A stretch of DNA of 64,000 nucleotides from Candidatus Omnitrophota bacterium (GCA_028712255.1 JAQTQJ010000006.1:44813-108812); one strand, 5' to 3'; positions 19,202 to 31,295 are shown, counted from the first letter of the stretch. The notes: generated from the letters alone by a model not told the origin. Made by a program: numbers and translations.

Positions 19202-20482
19202 ATGAGTCAAAAAAACTCATCCCGAAAGCTCCTTTTTCTTCTAATCATTCCAATTTGTTTTCTGATATGTAACTTTTTATTTTTTCACGAAAGGATTAAT
19301 TTGGTTACCCTTATGGGTTTTATTTTGGGTAATATAATTATTTCTTCCTATCTTTTTAAGTTTTCAGACTGCCGAATATCAATAATTAACTCCGGGCTTG
19401 AACATACGACTGAGCAGATAAATATTGCCAATTCCGAAATTAAAAAATTCCAGGAACTCAAAGATGCCCTCACGTTTAAGATAACCCGCTATAGTAACCT
19501 GAAAAAAATAATCGAAGACATTAATGTTTCCTTAAAGACCGAGTCAGTTGTACGCGTATTAAGTTATGCAGTTTATTCATTAATTTCAAATGGCCAGGGG
19601 ACTGCTTTATTCTACCTAGTAGATAACCAGTATCAAAAATTAAACCTAGTATATTCGATAAAGGATAATTCTGATTTGGTTATTCTTACCAAAGAAGGAG
19701 ACATTTTTGATCAGTGGGTTTTAAGGCATTCCACTTGGCTTATCATCGAGGATCTGAAAAATGATTTCCGTTTTGATTTGGAGAGTATCCGTTTTCAGGA
19801 TGAGCGGGATATCCTCTCATTGATTAGCGCACCGTTAATCAGTCATAATTCCTTGCTTGGGCTTTTACGGCTTGAAAGTAAAAAAAGTGGCTCTTTTAAT
19901 CAGGATGATTTGCGGTTTCTTGCGCTGGTAGCTGATCTTGGGGCCGGAGCATTGGAGAATAGCTTACTTTTCCATAAAAAACAGGAACTGGCAATACATG
20001 ATGATTTAACTTCTTTGTACACCAAGCATTATTTTATTAGCCGCTTGAAAGATGAGGTTAAACGATGCCAGCGGCTGGATCAGTATTTATCCTTAATGAT
20101 GATCGACATCGATTTTTTTAAGCAATATAATGATAAATTTGGCCATACTGCCGGAGATATTGTTTTAAAGAAGGTCAGTTTATTGCTTAAAGACTGCTTA
20201 AAGGAATTTAATCCTTTATTATGCCGTTTTGGCGGGGAAGAATTTTTAGTTATGTTATCAGGGCTAAACAAGCAGAAAGCATCGATTATCGGTGAGCAGT
20301 TGCGCCGAAAAATTGAGAATGAAACTATTATATTGCGCCGTCATGATACCCGAATAACTGTTTCCATTGGGATTGCTAATCTGCCGCTTGATACAAAAGA
20401 TGATGATGAGTTAGTCCAAAAGGCCGATAAAGCTATGTATAAAGCTAAAGAAAAAGGGAGAAATCAAGTATGTTCCACATAG
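19202..20482 (+). CDS. membrane-anchored GAF-GGDEF diguanylate cyclase
   Basis: N-terminal TM helices, a GAF-like middle region and a GGDEF domain with the GGEEF motif. Confidence 0.8.
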   Translation: MSQKNSSRKLLFLLIIPICFLICNFLFFHERINLVTLMGFILGNIIISSYLFKFSDCRISIINSGLEHTTEQINIANSEIKKFQELKDALTFKITRYSNLKKIIEDINVSLKTESVVRVLSYAVYSLISNGQGTALFYLVDNQYQKLNLVYSIKDNSDLVILTKEGDIFDQWVLRHSTWLIIEDLKNDFRFDLESIRFQDERDILSLISAPLISHNSLLGLLRLESKKSGSFNQDDLRFLALVADLGAGALENSLLFHKKQELAIHDDLTSLYTKHYFISRLKDEVKRCQRLDQYLSLMMIDIDFFKQYNDKFGHTAGDIVLKKVSLLLKDCLKEFNPLLCRFGGEEFLVMLSGLNKQKASIIGEQLRRKIENETIILRRHDTRITVSIGIANLPLDTKDDDELVQKADKAMYKAKEKGRNQVCST

Positions 20483-21465
20483 CATTATTTTTTCTCCTAT
20501 CAATCCTTTGGTATATGTTTTTGCGGGATTTTTTTTCAGAACGTATCAGGTCTCTGGAAAATCAAAATACACAAAAACTCGATGAGCTTGCTATTTTAAC
20601 TAATTTAAAAGAAAATTTAATATCGGAGAATACACAACTTGATAAAAAGCTTGCAGATACCCTGGCGCTTTATGAGTTGACCAAGGATATTTGTAAGAGC
20701 TTGGAAGAAGAGAAGGTTTTCTCTATTTTTAATAAAAACCTGAAGAAATATATTGAAATAGGGGATTGCCGCTATATCAAGGAGGCTGCTGATCTCATTA
20801 AATATAAGGATTATACGATTCTGCCTTTGAATATCGAAGAAAATCAAATAATTGGATATCTTGCAGTAGATAGGATATTGGAGTCCGATAAAGAAAAATT
20901 TGGGATTTTGGCACAGCAACTTTTAATTGGATTAAGAAGAGCGCTCCTTTATGAAAAAGTTCAAAGCATGATTATTACTGATTCACTTACAGGCGTTTAT
21001 TGCCGAAGGTATTTCCTGGAGCGTTTTAGCGAAGAACTAAGGCGTTCAAAGAGAAATAAACTGCATTTAACTTTTCTTATGATAGATATAGATAATTTTA
21101 AGCAGTTTAACGACCGATATGGGCATTTGGTAGGAGACGCCATATTGCGTAAAGTTTCTAAGATTATAAACGACGCAGTCAGGCAGATTGATTTTATCGG
21201 CCGCTATGGAGGAGAAGAGATTTCTATTGTTTTAACTGAAACAGATAGGGATCAGGCTAATTTTGCCGCTGAACGTATACGTCAGGCAATCGCAGGGGCT
21301 TTGATAAAAATTTATGACGAGGAGCTAAAGGTTACTGTAAGCATAGGTGTTTCTACCTTTCCGGACAATGCTTTAAATATGCAAGATCTAATTGATATGG
21401 CGGATCAGGCATTGTATTTAGCAAAAGAGACTGGCAAAAATAAAGTTTGTTTTTCTCCTGCCTAA
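20470..21465 (+). CDS. membrane-anchored GAF-like GGDEF-domain protein (GGEEI variant)
   Basis: A GGDEF domain with RYGGEEI, in tandem with the previous gene and overlapping it by 13 nt. Confidence 0.75.
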   Translation: MFHIALFFLLSILWYMFLRDFFSERIRSLENQNTQKLDELAILTNLKENLISENTQLDKKLADTLALYELTKDICKSLEEEKVFSIFNKNLKKYIEIGDCRYIKEAADLIKYKDYTILPLNIEENQIIGYLAVDRILESDKEKFGILAQQLLIGLRRALLYEKVQSMIITDSLTGVYCRRYFLERFSEELRRSKRNKLHLTFLMIDIDNFKQFNDRYGHLVGDAILRKVSKIINDAVRQIDFIGRYGGEEISIVLTETDRDQANFAAERIRQAIAGALIKIYDEELKVTVSIGVSTFPDNALNMQDLIDMADQALYLAKETGKNKVCFSPA

Positions 21466-21516
21466 AAATGAAGTTATCCCTTGAAATGAGGTGTTTTTTA
21501 ATATAGAATACCACCC

Positions 21517-22443
21517 ATGGTTAAAAAATTTATTATTGGAATAGATCTAGGCGGTACAAATTTAAAGTGTGCCTTGCTTGATAGTAGTTTAAAAATTAAG
21601 GCCAAAAACTCTTTTAGCACAAAGAGTTTTGATAATAAGCAAAAGATTATTTATGGGATTAGTGATTCGATTGACAGTTTTATTTTTAACCAGGGATTAT
21701 CCAAATCTGCTATTTTGGGGATAGGGATAGGATTACCTGGGCCGGTAGATACTTTTAAAGGCTTAGTACATTTTTTGCCCAACATTACTGGATGGAAGAA
21801 TGTAGAGCTTAAGGAGATTTTGGAACAAAAAACCAAACTGCAAGTTGTCGTTGATAACGATGCTAAGCTTATGGCTTTGGCTGAATATAAAGCAGGGTCA
21901 GCAGCTGGATATATGAATGCCATATGTTTAACTTTAGGGACAGGAGTTGGAGCAGGATTGATTATTAATGGAGATCTATACCGGGGACAGGATAACGCTG
22001 CTGGAGAACTTGGCCATCTTCCTATCAATGAAACTGGCCCTCTTTGTGGCTGCGGAGCAAAGGCTTGCCTTGAGGCCTACATTGGAAATACTTCAATTAC
22101 GAAAGAAGCACATAAGATATTTGGTTCAGGAACCTCTCTTGAAGATGTTAGCCAAATGGCAAAAGATAATAATCTTAAGGCGATAAAATTTTGGTATGCA
22201 ATTGGAGAAAAATTAGGTTTGGCTTTAGCCGGGGTCGTGAATTTACTTAATCTTGATGTGATTGTGATTGGTGGCGGAGTAGCTTGTGCCGGGAAAGTTT
22301 TGTTTGAAAGCGTTAAAAAAACTATTTTTTCGCGCGCAATGAGCGTTCAGGCAAAAAGAGTAAAAATATTAAAAGCTAAATTAGGTATTAATGCCGGAAT
22401 AATTGGGGCGGGATATATGGTTAAGGAGAGGCTGGTAAAATGA
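21517..22443 (+). CDS. ROK-family glucokinase
   Basis: GIDLGGTN at the N-terminus plus a CGCG zinc motif typical of ROK kinases. Confidence 0.8.
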   Translation: MVKKFIIGIDLGGTNLKCALLDSSLKIKAKNSFSTKSFDNKQKIIYGISDSIDSFIFNQGLSKSAILGIGIGLPGPVDTFKGLVHFLPNITGWKNVELKEILEQKTKLQVVVDNDAKLMALAEYKAGSAAGYMNAICLTLGTGVGAGLIINGDLYRGQDNAAGELGHLPINETGPLCGCGAKACLEAYIGNTSITKEAHKIFGSGTSLEDVSQMAKDNNLKAIKFWYAIGEKLGLALAGVVNLLNLDVIVIGGGVACAGKVLFESVKKTIFSRAMSVQAKRVKILKAKLGINAGIIGAGYMVKERLVK

Positions 22444-23099
22444 AAATTTTTATCGATACAGCAAGCATTAAAGAGATTAAAGAGGCCACAAGCTTAGGCC
22501 TTATTGATGGGGTAACGACTAATCCTACACTTATGGCAAAAGAAGGGCGTAATTTTCAAGAGGTATTAAAAGAAATCTGTGGAATGGTTTCTGGGCCGGT
22601 AAGCGCTGAAGTGATTAGCCTAGATGCTCAAGGAATGATGGAAGAAGCGCGGCAATTGATTAAAATTGCTAAAAATATTGTGATTAAAATCCCGCTTACC
22701 AAGGAAGGATTGAAAGCGGTGAAAATTTTATCGGCTGAAGGAGTTAAAACGAATGTTACTCTTTGTTTTTCTGCTGCCCAAGCTTTATTAGTGGCAAAGG
22801 CAGGAGCAACTTATGTATCTCCTTTTATCGGCAGGCTTGATGATATCGCCAAAGAAGGAATGGATTTGATTGCGGATATAAAGAAAATATATGTAAATTA
22901 TAATTTTAAGACTCAGATAATTGTCGCTTCTGTGCGTAACCCGATGCATGTGGTTAATGCCGCTTTGGTCGGAGCGGATATCTCTACGATTCCTTTTCTA
23001 GTAATCGAACAGTTGATTAAACATCCTTTAACGGATATCGGTATCAACAGGTTTTTGGAAGATTATAAAAAAATCCCCCAGGGAAATAATGTTAAATAA
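22440..23099 (+). CDS. short-form transaldolase / fructose-6-phosphate aldolase
   Basis: 219 aa with IFIDTA...GVTTNPTL of the transaldolase family. Confidence 0.85.
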   Translation: MKIFIDTASIKEIKEATSLGLIDGVTTNPTLMAKEGRNFQEVLKEICGMVSGPVSAEVISLDAQGMMEEARQLIKIAKNIVIKIPLTKEGLKAVKILSAEGVKTNVTLCFSAAQALLVAKAGATYVSPFIGRLDDIAKEGMDLIADIKKIYVNYNFKTQIIVASVRNPMHVVNAALVGADISTIPFLVIEQLIKHPLTDIGINRFLEDYKKIPQGNNVK

Positions 23100-25305
23100 T
23101 TTTAAACTAGTCAATTTATTGGGTTGTGTTCTGGCATTTTTATTATTGTCGTGCGGTTTGGTAACTGCCGAAGAGAATAAAGAATCCCCGATAATTATTA
23201 ATGGTGATAATGTTGAGTATTCTGCTGACAACAGAGAAGTTACTGCTACCGGGAATATTGAAGTTACTTATAAGGGGTCAAAATTAACTTGTAATAAGTT
23301 AAAAGTCAATATGCAGACAAAAGAGGGTTTAGCTGAAGGTAATGCCCGTCTCCAAGATTCAAAAGGAGTAGTTACTGGAGAAAAAATAATTTATAATTTT
23401 GCAAATAAGACAGGTGTAATTCTTAATGCTGATTTCCGAGCTAATCCCTATTTTGGAAAAGCCAAAATTGTAGAGAAGGTAAGCGATAGTGAATTTATAG
23501 CCAAAAGAGGGTATTTTACTACCTGTAGCATGGATCAGGTTCATTATCGTCTTGCGATAAAGAAGTTAAACATGTTTCCTGGAGATAAAACGCAAGCAAA
23601 GCAGGTTACTCTTTATCTTGGTACCGTCCCCGTTGCCTATCTTCCATGTTTTAACTATTCAATGAAGGAACCATTTATGCATGTTCAGGTTGAGCCAGGT
23701 AAAAGAAAGGATTGGGGTCCATATGTATTGAGTGCCTGGCGTTATAATATTACGGATAATATCGATGGCAGGCTTCTGCTTGATTATCGTAATAAATTGG
23801 GGTGGGCAGAAGGTTTTTACTCAAATTACAGGACTCCGGGTGTAGGAAAGGGCGAATTTAAGTTTTACTATACGAATGAAAAACCTAGTAACCAAGCAGG
23901 GAATGCATCTACGGAATATCAACGTTATTTTATGCGTTGGCGCCATAAATGGGATATAGACCAGCGCACTAATTTTATTGCTGAATTTCTTAAAATTACA
24001 GACAAAAGATGGAAGGATGATGTGAAACCGTCTAACCGTAATTTCCTAAAGGATTATTTTTTCCGTGAATATGAGAAAGATTCTCAACCTCTAAGTTATG
24101 CATTGTTTCATCACGCTTTTAATTATTCAAGCCTCGATGTAATTTTGCAGGAACGCACAAACCACTGGTTTGATCAAATTGAAAAAACCCCGGAGATAAA
24201 TTATAACCTGCCAAGCTTGCAACTGGGCCAGACACCATTTTATTTTGAAAATATAAGCCAGATGGGTAATTATAATAAAAAAGGTTCAACCATGTCTCCT
24301 GTAACCAATGATGCTGTTACGGTGGCGCGTTTAGACACCAAGAATACGTTATCCCGTCCAATGAAGGTTTCTTTTGTGCAATTTAGGCCTTTTGTTTCCA
24401 GCCGCCAGACCTTTTATGACAAGGGAGCAAACGGACAGGATGGTATTGTGCGTACGATTTTTTATAGTGGCGCAGATATGAGCACTAAATTTTATCGTGT
24501 ATTTAATGTTAAAACGGATTTTTTAGGTTTAGATATTAATGGCTTAAGGCATGTAATCACTCCCACAATTGGGTATCTGTATACTCATGTGCCTACTATT
24601 CCTGCAAGCAACATAAAACAGATTGATACCGTTGATTTCATAAACCGTGGTAATACTGCTTCCCTGGGCCTATCAAATAAACTGCAGACCAAACGTGGCG
24701 GCCAGAGTATTGATTTTGTAGATTTATTAGTTACGACAGAATATGTGCTGGATCCGAAATCCGGGGATAACGCATTTTTGAATAATCCCACCAACAAACT
24801 TTCCAGCCAGCTTTCTGATATTCTTTTTAAATTAAAAATACTTCCTTATTCTTGGATGCGTTTTGAAGGGGATGCTACTTACGAGCATTCTGATCATGAT
24901 TCTGTTAACTATAACAGTTTTTCTCTGGTTAATTATGATATAGGTATCGACCTTGATAAAGATCGTACAATGATTTTTGGGCAGCGCTATGAGAGGAAGG
25001 GGAAAAACGAAGTTACTGCAGGTTTCACTTGGCGGCTTAGCCCAAAATGGAAATTTGGCATTTATGAGCGGTATAATTTTAAGAAAGTAAAAGATTCTAC
25101 TGGTGCAGTTATTCTCGATAGTGGTTCGCAGGAACAGGAATATACTTTAACCCGTGACCTGCATTGTTGGGAGTTGGATATTACCCTCAACAAAAAGGAT
25201 ATCAGCGGGACTAGTATATTTTTTACCTTTAGGCTCAAAGCTTTTCCTGAAAACGAATTTGGGTTTGACCAGTCTGTAAGCGAAAAGAAATCCGGAGCTC
25301 AATAG
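23089..25305 (+). CDS. lptD: LPS-assembly protein LptD (OstA family)
   Basis: Signal peptide, an N-terminal OstA/LptA-like beta-jellyroll, and a large C-terminal beta-barrel. Confidence 0.7.
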   Translation: MLNNFKLVNLLGCVLAFLLLSCGLVTAEENKESPIIINGDNVEYSADNREVTATGNIEVTYKGSKLTCNKLKVNMQTKEGLAEGNARLQDSKGVVTGEKIIYNFANKTGVILNADFRANPYFGKAKIVEKVSDSEFIAKRGYFTTCSMDQVHYRLAIKKLNMFPGDKTQAKQVTLYLGTVPVAYLPCFNYSMKEPFMHVQVEPGKRKDWGPYVLSAWRYNITDNIDGRLLLDYRNKLGWAEGFYSNYRTPGVGKGEFKFYYTNEKPSNQAGNASTEYQRYFMRWRHKWDIDQRTNFIAEFLKITDKRWKDDVKPSNRNFLKDYFFREYEKDSQPLSYALFHHAFNYSSLDVILQERTNHWFDQIEKTPEINYNLPSLQLGQTPFYFENISQMGNYNKKGSTMSPVTNDAVTVARLDTKNTLSRPMKVSFVQFRPFVSSRQTFYDKGANGQDGIVRTIFYSGADMSTKFYRVFNVKTDFLGLDINGLRHVITPTIGYLYTHVPTIPASNIKQIDTVDFINRGNTASLGLSNKLQTKRGGQSIDFVDLLVTTEYVLDPKSGDNAFLNNPTNKLSSQLSDILFKLKILPYSWMRFEGDATYEHSDHDSVNYNSFSLVNYDIGIDLDKDRTMIFGQRYERKGKNEVTAGFTWRLSPKWKFGIYERYNFKKVKDSTGAVILDSGSQEQEYTLTRDLHCWELDITLNKKDISGTSIFFTFRLKAFPENEFGFDQSVSEKKSGAQ

Positions 25306-25306
25306 A

Positions 25307-26605
25307 ATGAATATTTCAATTATCGGTTCAGGCTATGTAGGGTTAGTTAGCGGGGCTTGTTTTGCTGAGTTGGGAAACCAGGTTATTTGCGCGGATAATG
25401 ACACAAAGAAGATTGGTTTCCTCAAGCGAGGAATAACCCCTATTTACGAACCCGGCTTGGAAGAGTTAATTACCGATAATCTTAAGAAGAAGAGGCTGAA
25501 ATTTACTTCAAGTATCAAAGAGGCAGTAAGGGGCAGCGAAGTAATCTTTATTGCTGTAGGTACGCCTTCCTTAGGTAATGGGGAAGCGGATTTAACTGGT
25601 ATTGAGAATGTTGCCCGGACTATTGCACAGAATATGGATGGTTATCGTCTTGTTGTTGAAAAATCTACCGTACCGGTTGAAACCTGCGCTTGGGTTAAAA
25701 AAACGATTTCAACCTATTTAAAGAATAGGTATAAATTCGATGTTGTGTCTAATCCGGAATTTTTACGCGAAGGTTCGGCAATAAATGATTTTACTCGCCC
25801 TGATAGGATCGTGATTGGATTAGAGAGTTTAAGGGCTAAGCGGATAATGACCAATTTATACCAGCCTTTGAATCGGCCTATTTTAGTTACTAACATAAAA
25901 TCAGCGGAATTGATTAAGCATGCCTCCAATGCTTTTTTGGCAACTAAAATTTCATTTATTAATGCGCTTAGTCAAATCTGCGATAAGGTTGGAGCTGACG
26001 TAAAAGAGGTGGCAGAAGGGATGGGCTTAGATAACCGTATTGGCCGTCATTTTCTACATGCGGGCATAGGCTATGGTGGTTCTTGTTTTCCCAAGGATTT
26101 GGATGCCTTTATAACTATTGCCCAGAAGTTAGGATATGATTTTTCGATCCTTAAAGCAGTAAGGGATACCAACGAAGAACAAAAGAAATTTGTTTTTCAG
26201 AAAATCAAAGAAGCTTTATGGATAATAAAAGATAAGACGGTTGCAGTGCTGGGTTTGGCTTTTAAACCCAATACCGATGATTTGAGGAATTCACCAAGTA
26301 TTGACTTAATAAATACTTTAATAGAGGAAGGGGCAAAGGTAAAAGTCTATGATCCAAAAGCAATGGATAGAGCAAGTATATTTCTCAAAAGTGTAGTTTT
26401 CTGTAATGATCCATATCAAGCGGCAAGAAACGCCGATTGCCTTATTGTTGCTACAGAATGGAATGAGTTTAAAGAGCTGGATTTTATAAAACTAAAAAAG
26501 ACTTTGAAGCGGGCTTTTGTGGTTGATGGCAGGAATATCTATGATCCGAAGATGCTCATTAAACTGGGTTTTACTTATATAGGAGTAGGCAGGGGAAGTG
26601 AATAA
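25307..26605 (+). CDS. ugd: UDP-glucose 6-dehydrogenase
   Basis: NAD-binding GSGYVG, the catalytic Cys region GGSCFPKD and 432 aa. Confidence 0.85.
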   Translation: MNISIIGSGYVGLVSGACFAELGNQVICADNDTKKIGFLKRGITPIYEPGLEELITDNLKKKRLKFTSSIKEAVRGSEVIFIAVGTPSLGNGEADLTGIENVARTIAQNMDGYRLVVEKSTVPVETCAWVKKTISTYLKNRYKFDVVSNPEFLREGSAINDFTRPDRIVIGLESLRAKRIMTNLYQPLNRPILVTNIKSAELIKHASNAFLATKISFINALSQICDKVGADVKEVAEGMGLDNRIGRHFLHAGIGYGGSCFPKDLDAFITIAQKLGYDFSILKAVRDTNEEQKKFVFQKIKEALWIIKDKTVAVLGLAFKPNTDDLRNSPSIDLINTLIEEGAKVKVYDPKAMDRASIFLKSVVFCNDPYQAARNADCLIVATEWNEFKELDFIKLKKTLKRAFVVDGRNIYDPKMLIKLGFTYIGVGRGSE

Positions 26606-27908
26606 AGTTTTAGCTAATTTAGATAAAAGAATCAAAAATAAACAGATAAAAATAGCTGTTATAGGTTTAGGCTATGTGGGATTTCCTTTAGCGCTGGAGT
26701 TTGCTAAGAAGCATACCAATGTAATCGGTATTGAAATCGATCGTGATCGCCTCAAATCTATCGCCAAAGGCCAGTCCTATATCAGCGATATCAGCAGTAA
26801 AGAATTAAAAGACGTAAAGGCCCATGGATATTTTAAGGCTAGCGCGGATTTTTCTAGTATTAATCAAGCTGATGCGGTTTTAATTTGTGTTCCTACCCCG
26901 CTTAAAGGTAAATACCTGCCGGACATTTCTTTTATAAAAAATGCGGTAGAAGAGGCTGCGTTTCATATAAAAAAGGAGGCACTAGTAATTTTAGAAAGTA
27001 CCACTTATCCTGGGACCACAGAAGAGGAGATTCTGCCTATTTTTGAGAAAGTGGGCCTTAAACATGGAAAAGATTTTTACCTTTGTTTTTCGCCTGAAAG
27101 AATCGATCCGGGTAATAAAAGATTTCCTGTCCAGAAGATTCCCAAAGTCATAGGTGGGCTTACTTCGGAAGCTACGGAATTGGCGATGGCCGTTTACCGT
27201 ATTATTCTTAAAAAGGTAGTTCCTGTAAGCAGCCCTCGGGCCGCGGAGACAGTTAAGCTTCTTGAAAATACATTTCGTTTGATTAACATCGGGTTAATAG
27301 ATGAATTATCTATGATGGCGCATAAGATGGGGATTGACATTTGGGAGGTTATTAATGCGGCCAGTACCAAGCCATTTGGTTTTATGCCTTTTTATCCAGG
27401 GCCAGGGGTAGGCGGCCATTGTATCCCTAAGGATCCGTTATACCTGCATTGGAAAGCCAAGAGTTTCGGCTTCTCTTCCCGTTTTATAAAACTAGCCTCA
27501 GATATGATAAATTATATGCCAGAGTATGTTGTAAAGCGAATTAAGGAGTTACTCAAAAAAAATAAAATTAAATTTAAAGGTGCAAAAATATTAGTTATTG
27601 GTGCTACTTATAAGAAAGACGTCAAAGACCTGCGTAAATCTCCGAGTATCGATGTAATCAGTTGTTTGAAGAAACAGGGAGCAAAAGTTTGCTATTTTGA
27701 TCCGCTAATACCTTTTTTAAAAGTAAAAAACATTGATTTGAAATCAATCAAGCTAAGTAATAAAAAAATAAATGAATTTGATTGTGTACTTATTGCTACA
27801 GACCACAGCTGTATCAATTACTCCATGATATTAAAAAATGCAAAATTAATTTTTGATTCCAGGAATGTCTTTAAAGGTAAATACGCGGAAAAGGTGCAAC
27901 GACTATGA
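26598..27908 (+). CDS. UDP-N-acetyl-D-hexosamine dehydrogenase (WbpO/WecC/Cap5O family nucleotide-sugar dehydrogenase)
   Basis: GLGYVGFPLA at the N-terminus and GGHCIPKDP at the catalytic Cys. Confidence 0.8.
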   Translation: MNKVLANLDKRIKNKQIKIAVIGLGYVGFPLALEFAKKHTNVIGIEIDRDRLKSIAKGQSYISDISSKELKDVKAHGYFKASADFSSINQADAVLICVPTPLKGKYLPDISFIKNAVEEAAFHIKKEALVILESTTYPGTTEEEILPIFEKVGLKHGKDFYLCFSPERIDPGNKRFPVQKIPKVIGGLTSEATELAMAVYRIILKKVVPVSSPRAAETVKLLENTFRLINIGLIDELSMMAHKMGIDIWEVINAASTKPFGFMPFYPGPGVGGHCIPKDPLYLHWKAKSFGFSSRFIKLASDMINYMPEYVVKRIKELLKKNKIKFKGAKILVIGATYKKDVKDLRKSPSIDVISCLKKQGAKVCYFDPLIPFLKVKNIDLKSIKLSNKKINEFDCVLIATDHSCINYSMILKNAKLIFDSRNVFKGKYAEKVQRL

Positions 27909-28840
27909 GTAGATTTTTAGTTACTGGAGGGGCGGGTTTTATCGGTTCACATATCGTTGAAACACTAGTCAGTAATGGACATTACGTACGTGTTTTAGAT
28001 AATTTCTCTAGCGGCAGTATCGTTAATCTTAATGGGGTTAAGAATAAGATAGACTTAATTAGAGGGGATATTTGTTCTAAGCCTGCCTGTATTAAAGCAA
28101 CCAAAAATATCGATTTTGTTTTACATCAAGCCGCTTTAAGAAGTGTTCCAAAGTCAATGGCTTACCCGCATGATTACAATCGGGTAAATATTGATGGTAC
28201 TCTGAATATGCTGGAGTCTTCTGCTAAAAATAAGGTTAAACGTTTTATCTTTGCTTCATCAAGTTCAGTTTATGGAGATGTAAAAAAATTTCCAGAAGAG
28301 GAGAGCTTTGTTCCTGTTCCGATTTCTCCTTATGCTTTAAGCAAGCTTACCGGTGAATATTATTGCAGGATATTCAGCCTCTATTTTGGTTTACCGACGA
28401 TAATTTTGCGTTACTTTAACGTTTTTGGACCTCGACAGGCCATTGATGATGATTATGCCGTAGTTATCCCGAAGTTTATTAATTGCCTGTTAAATAATAA
28501 ACAACCGCCGATTTTTGGCAATGGCAGGCAATCTCGCGATTTTACATTTGTGCAGAATGTAGTTTTGGCAAATTTGGCAGCTGTTAAGGCAATAAAGGTT
28601 AAATTCGGAGTATTTAATATTGCTACTGGAAATAACATTAGCATATTGGAACTAGTGAAAATTTTAAATAAGTTTTTAGGTAAAAATATTAAACCCCTAT
28701 TTTTTTCTGTACGTTCAGGTGATGTATTTAAAACCTTAGCAGATACGACTCGGGCAATTAAATTATTAAATTTTAAATCATCTGTTGATTTTATTACGGG
28801 ATTAAAAATTACCACAGAATATTGGAGAAGGAATGCGTAA
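27905..28840 (+). CDS. NAD-dependent UDP-sugar 4-epimerase (WbpP-like)
   Basis: TGGAGFIGS Rossmann motif plus YxxxK. It pairs with the preceding WbpO-like dehydrogenase. Confidence 0.75.
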   Translation: MSRFLVTGGAGFIGSHIVETLVSNGHYVRVLDNFSSGSIVNLNGVKNKIDLIRGDICSKPACIKATKNIDFVLHQAALRSVPKSMAYPHDYNRVNIDGTLNMLESSAKNKVKRFIFASSSSVYGDVKKFPEEESFVPVPISPYALSKLTGEYYCRIFSLYFGLPTIILRYFNVFGPRQAIDDDYAVVIPKFINCLLNNKQPPIFGNGRQSRDFTFVQNVVLANLAAVKAIKVKFGVFNIATGNNISILELVKILNKFLGKNIKPLFFSVRSGDVFKTLADTTRAIKLLNFKSSVDFITGLKITTEYWRRNA

Positions 28841-29765
28841 GAAAGTAGCATTAATTACCGGGGCAGCAGGATTTATTGGATCGCATCTAAGCCAAAAGCT
28901 ACTGCAGAATGATTATTTGGTAATATGCCTGGATAATTTTATTACTGGTTGCATGGACAATATAAAGCCTCTTTTAAAAGATAAGAATTTCCGCTTACAT
29001 GTATGTAATGTTACCAATTATATCGATATTCCCGGTAGAATAGATTATGTTTTGCATTGCGCATCACTGGCCTCACCGAAAGATTATTTAGTTTTTCCTA
29101 TACAAACTTTAAAGGTAGGTTCTTTAGGTACGCATAATGCCTTGGGTTTAGCCAAACAAAAAAAAGCTGTTTTTATGCTTTTTTCTACCTCTGAAATCTA
29201 TGGAGATCCACTAGAGCACCCACAAAAAGAAAATTATTGGGGACATGTCAACCCTGTTGGAGTGCGGGGTTGTTACGATGAATCTAAGCGTTTTGCTGAG
29301 GCTCTTACCATGGCGTATCATCGTACGCATAGAATAAACACGAAGATTGCGCGTATTTTTAATACTTATGGGCCTAAGATGCGGCGTAATGATGGAAGGG
29401 TTGTTCCGAATTTTATTGATCAAGCATTAAAAAATAGATCTTTAACTGTTTATGGCAAGGGCCAGCAAACCAGAAGTTTCTGTTATATTGATGATATGGT
29501 AGAAGGATTATTACGCCTAATGCTTTCCAAAGAAAATCAACCGATAAATCTTGGTAATCCGAACGAATTTACCATTATGCAATTGGCAAAATTGGTTTTG
29601 AAATTAACGGCTTCAAAAAGCAAAATAATATTTAAAAAATTACCTCAAGATGATCCTCAGCAACGTCAACCGAATATCTCAAAAGCCAAAGAATATCTTG
29701 GCTGGAAACCGGTTGTCCCTCTTCAGGAGGGTATTAAGCGTACCATATCGTGGTTTAAAGAATAA
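28833..29765 (+). CDS. UDP-glucuronate decarboxylase (UDP-xylose synthase)
   Basis: Short-chain dehydrogenase/reductase (SDR) of the UXS type with [10 protein letters not shown] and a Uxs-like C-terminal region, downstream of ugd. Confidence 0.75.
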   Translation: MRKKVALITGAAGFIGSHLSQKLLQNDYLVICLDNFITGCMDNIKPLLKDKNFRLHVCNVTNYIDIPGRIDYVLHCASLASPKDYLVFPIQTLKVGSLGTHNALGLAKQKKAVFMLFSTSEIYGDPLEHPQKENYWGHVNPVGVRGCYDESKRFAEALTMAYHRTHRINTKIARIFNTYGPKMRRNDGRVVPNFIDQALKNRSLTVYGKGQQTRSFCYIDDMVEGLLRLMLSKENQPINLGNPNEFTIMQLAKLVLKLTASKSKIIFKKLPQDDPQQRQPNISKAKEYLGWKPVVPLQEGIKRTISWFKE

Positions 29766-29841
29766 AGAAAGCCCTTTCCTTGACAAGCCGTCTGTATAAT
29801 GTTATACTTTCACATAAATTATATTCAAAAAGGAGTTTACA

Positions 29842-30420
29842 ATGATTGATATAATCAAGCAATTTAACATCGTTGATATTATAATCATAATCCTAGCACT
29901 TAGAATATGTTACATTTCTTTTCAAATGGGTCTACCCATTGAATTGTTTAAGTTTTTAGGGATTATATTTACAACCTATATCTCATTGCATTACTATACT
30001 AGCCTTTCAGATATTGCTAGGCGTTGGTTTCTTCCTAAGGAGATGCCTTTAGAATTTTTGGATTTTTTAATTTTTATTATTTTAGCCTTAGGTGGATACC
30101 TTGTGTTTGTAATTTTACGTAACACGTTCTATCACTTTATAAAATTAGAGGCCTCACCTAGAATTAGCCAATTTGGCGGGCTTATTTTAGGTTTTGTGCG
30201 GGCATTTTTTACAGTAGGGCTACTAGTTTATATCCTGATTATTTCAAGCGTAAAATACCTTAATAATTCGGTAAAACACTCTTATTTAGGTAGCAAAGTT
30301 TATATGGTTGCACCTCAAACATATGGGTGGTTGTGGCAAGGTATTGTTTCTAAATTCTCTTCGAAAGAAAAATTTAATTCTACAGTTACTGAAGTTACAG
30401 AAAGATTTAACCGTAAATGA
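29842..30420 (+). CDS. cvpA: CvpA-family membrane protein
   Basis: 192 aa with 4 TM helices. The N-terminal NIVDIIIIILAL matches the CvpA family. Confidence 0.65.
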   Translation: MIDIIKQFNIVDIIIIILALRICYISFQMGLPIELFKFLGIIFTTYISLHYYTSLSDIARRWFLPKEMPLEFLDFLIFIILALGGYLVFVILRNTFYHFIKLEASPRISQFGGLILGFVRAFFTVGLLVYILIISSVKYLNNSVKHSYLGSKVYMVAPQTYGWLWQGIVSKFSSKEKFNSTVTEVTERFNRK

Positions 30421-31295
30421 AGCTAATTAATTTTTATAATCAGGTAGTGGATTTCGGCCGAAGAGCCGATCCGCGTAAAGATAAATCGAAAATAAAAAAT
30501 TTTGAAGATTCATCAATTCTTTTTGGTAGCTTTGATTTAGAAGTAAAAAAAATAATGGTTGGTGTTGATATTGAGGTTGCTGAACTTCTGCTGGCTGACC
30601 GTATTCGCCAGAGAGAGGGGCTGGATTTGGTAGTTGCGCATCATCCTGAAGGAAAATCATATGCGGGATTGCATGAAGTGATGAAGCTGCAGGTGGATTT
30701 ATTATGCCAATCTGGAGTTGCTTATAAGAGCGCTTTTAGATTGGTCCAAGATAGAATGCTTGAGGTAGAGCGCAGAGTTTTACCTCAAAATCATACCCGG
30801 CCTGTAGATGCAGCCAGATTATTGAACATGCCTTTTATGAACGCCCATACTCCTGCGGACAATCATGTGTATAGGTATTTAGAAAATATTTTTAAGCAAA
30901 AAAAACCTCGATTAGTTGAAGATATTGTAAAAATATTAGATACAATTCCAGAGTATCAAATTGCTAAAAAATTTAATACCGGGCCACGAATAATTCTTGG
31001 TAATCCAAAACGCGCCGCAGGAAAGATTTTACTTGAAATGACAGGGGGTACAGAGGGTTCAAAAGATGTTTTTGGAAGATTATATAAGGCTGGTGTGAGA
31101 ACCTTAGTTTCCATGCATTTGAGTGAAGAGCATTTTAAAAAAGTAAAAGAAGCTAACCTAAATGTTGTTATTGCAGGGCATATCTCAAGTGATAACCTAG
31201 GATTAAATCTCCTTCTGGATAATATTGAAAAATCCGCAAAACAAACTTTTCAAGTAGTTGCTTGTTCCGGTTTTACCAGAATCAAAAGGAAATAA
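30417..31295 (+). CDS. Nif3-family dinuclear-metal-centre protein
   Basis: DLVVAHHPEG and a C-terminal AGHISSDNLGL metal-site motif. It is adjacent to dnaG-rpoD, as in other bacteria. Confidence 0.55.
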   Translation: MKLINFYNQVVDFGRRADPRKDKSKIKNFEDSSILFGSFDLEVKKIMVGVDIEVAELLLADRIRQREGLDLVVAHHPEGKSYAGLHEVMKLQVDLLCQSGVAYKSAFRLVQDRMLEVERRVLPQNHTRPVDAARLLNMPFMNAHTPADNHVYRYLENIFKQKKPRLVEDIVKILDTIPEYQIAKKFNTGPRIILGNPKRAAGKILLEMTGGTEGSKDVFGRLYKAGVRTLVSMHLSEEHFKKVKEANLNVVIAGHISSDNLGLNLLLDNIEKSAKQTFQVVACSGFTRIKRK

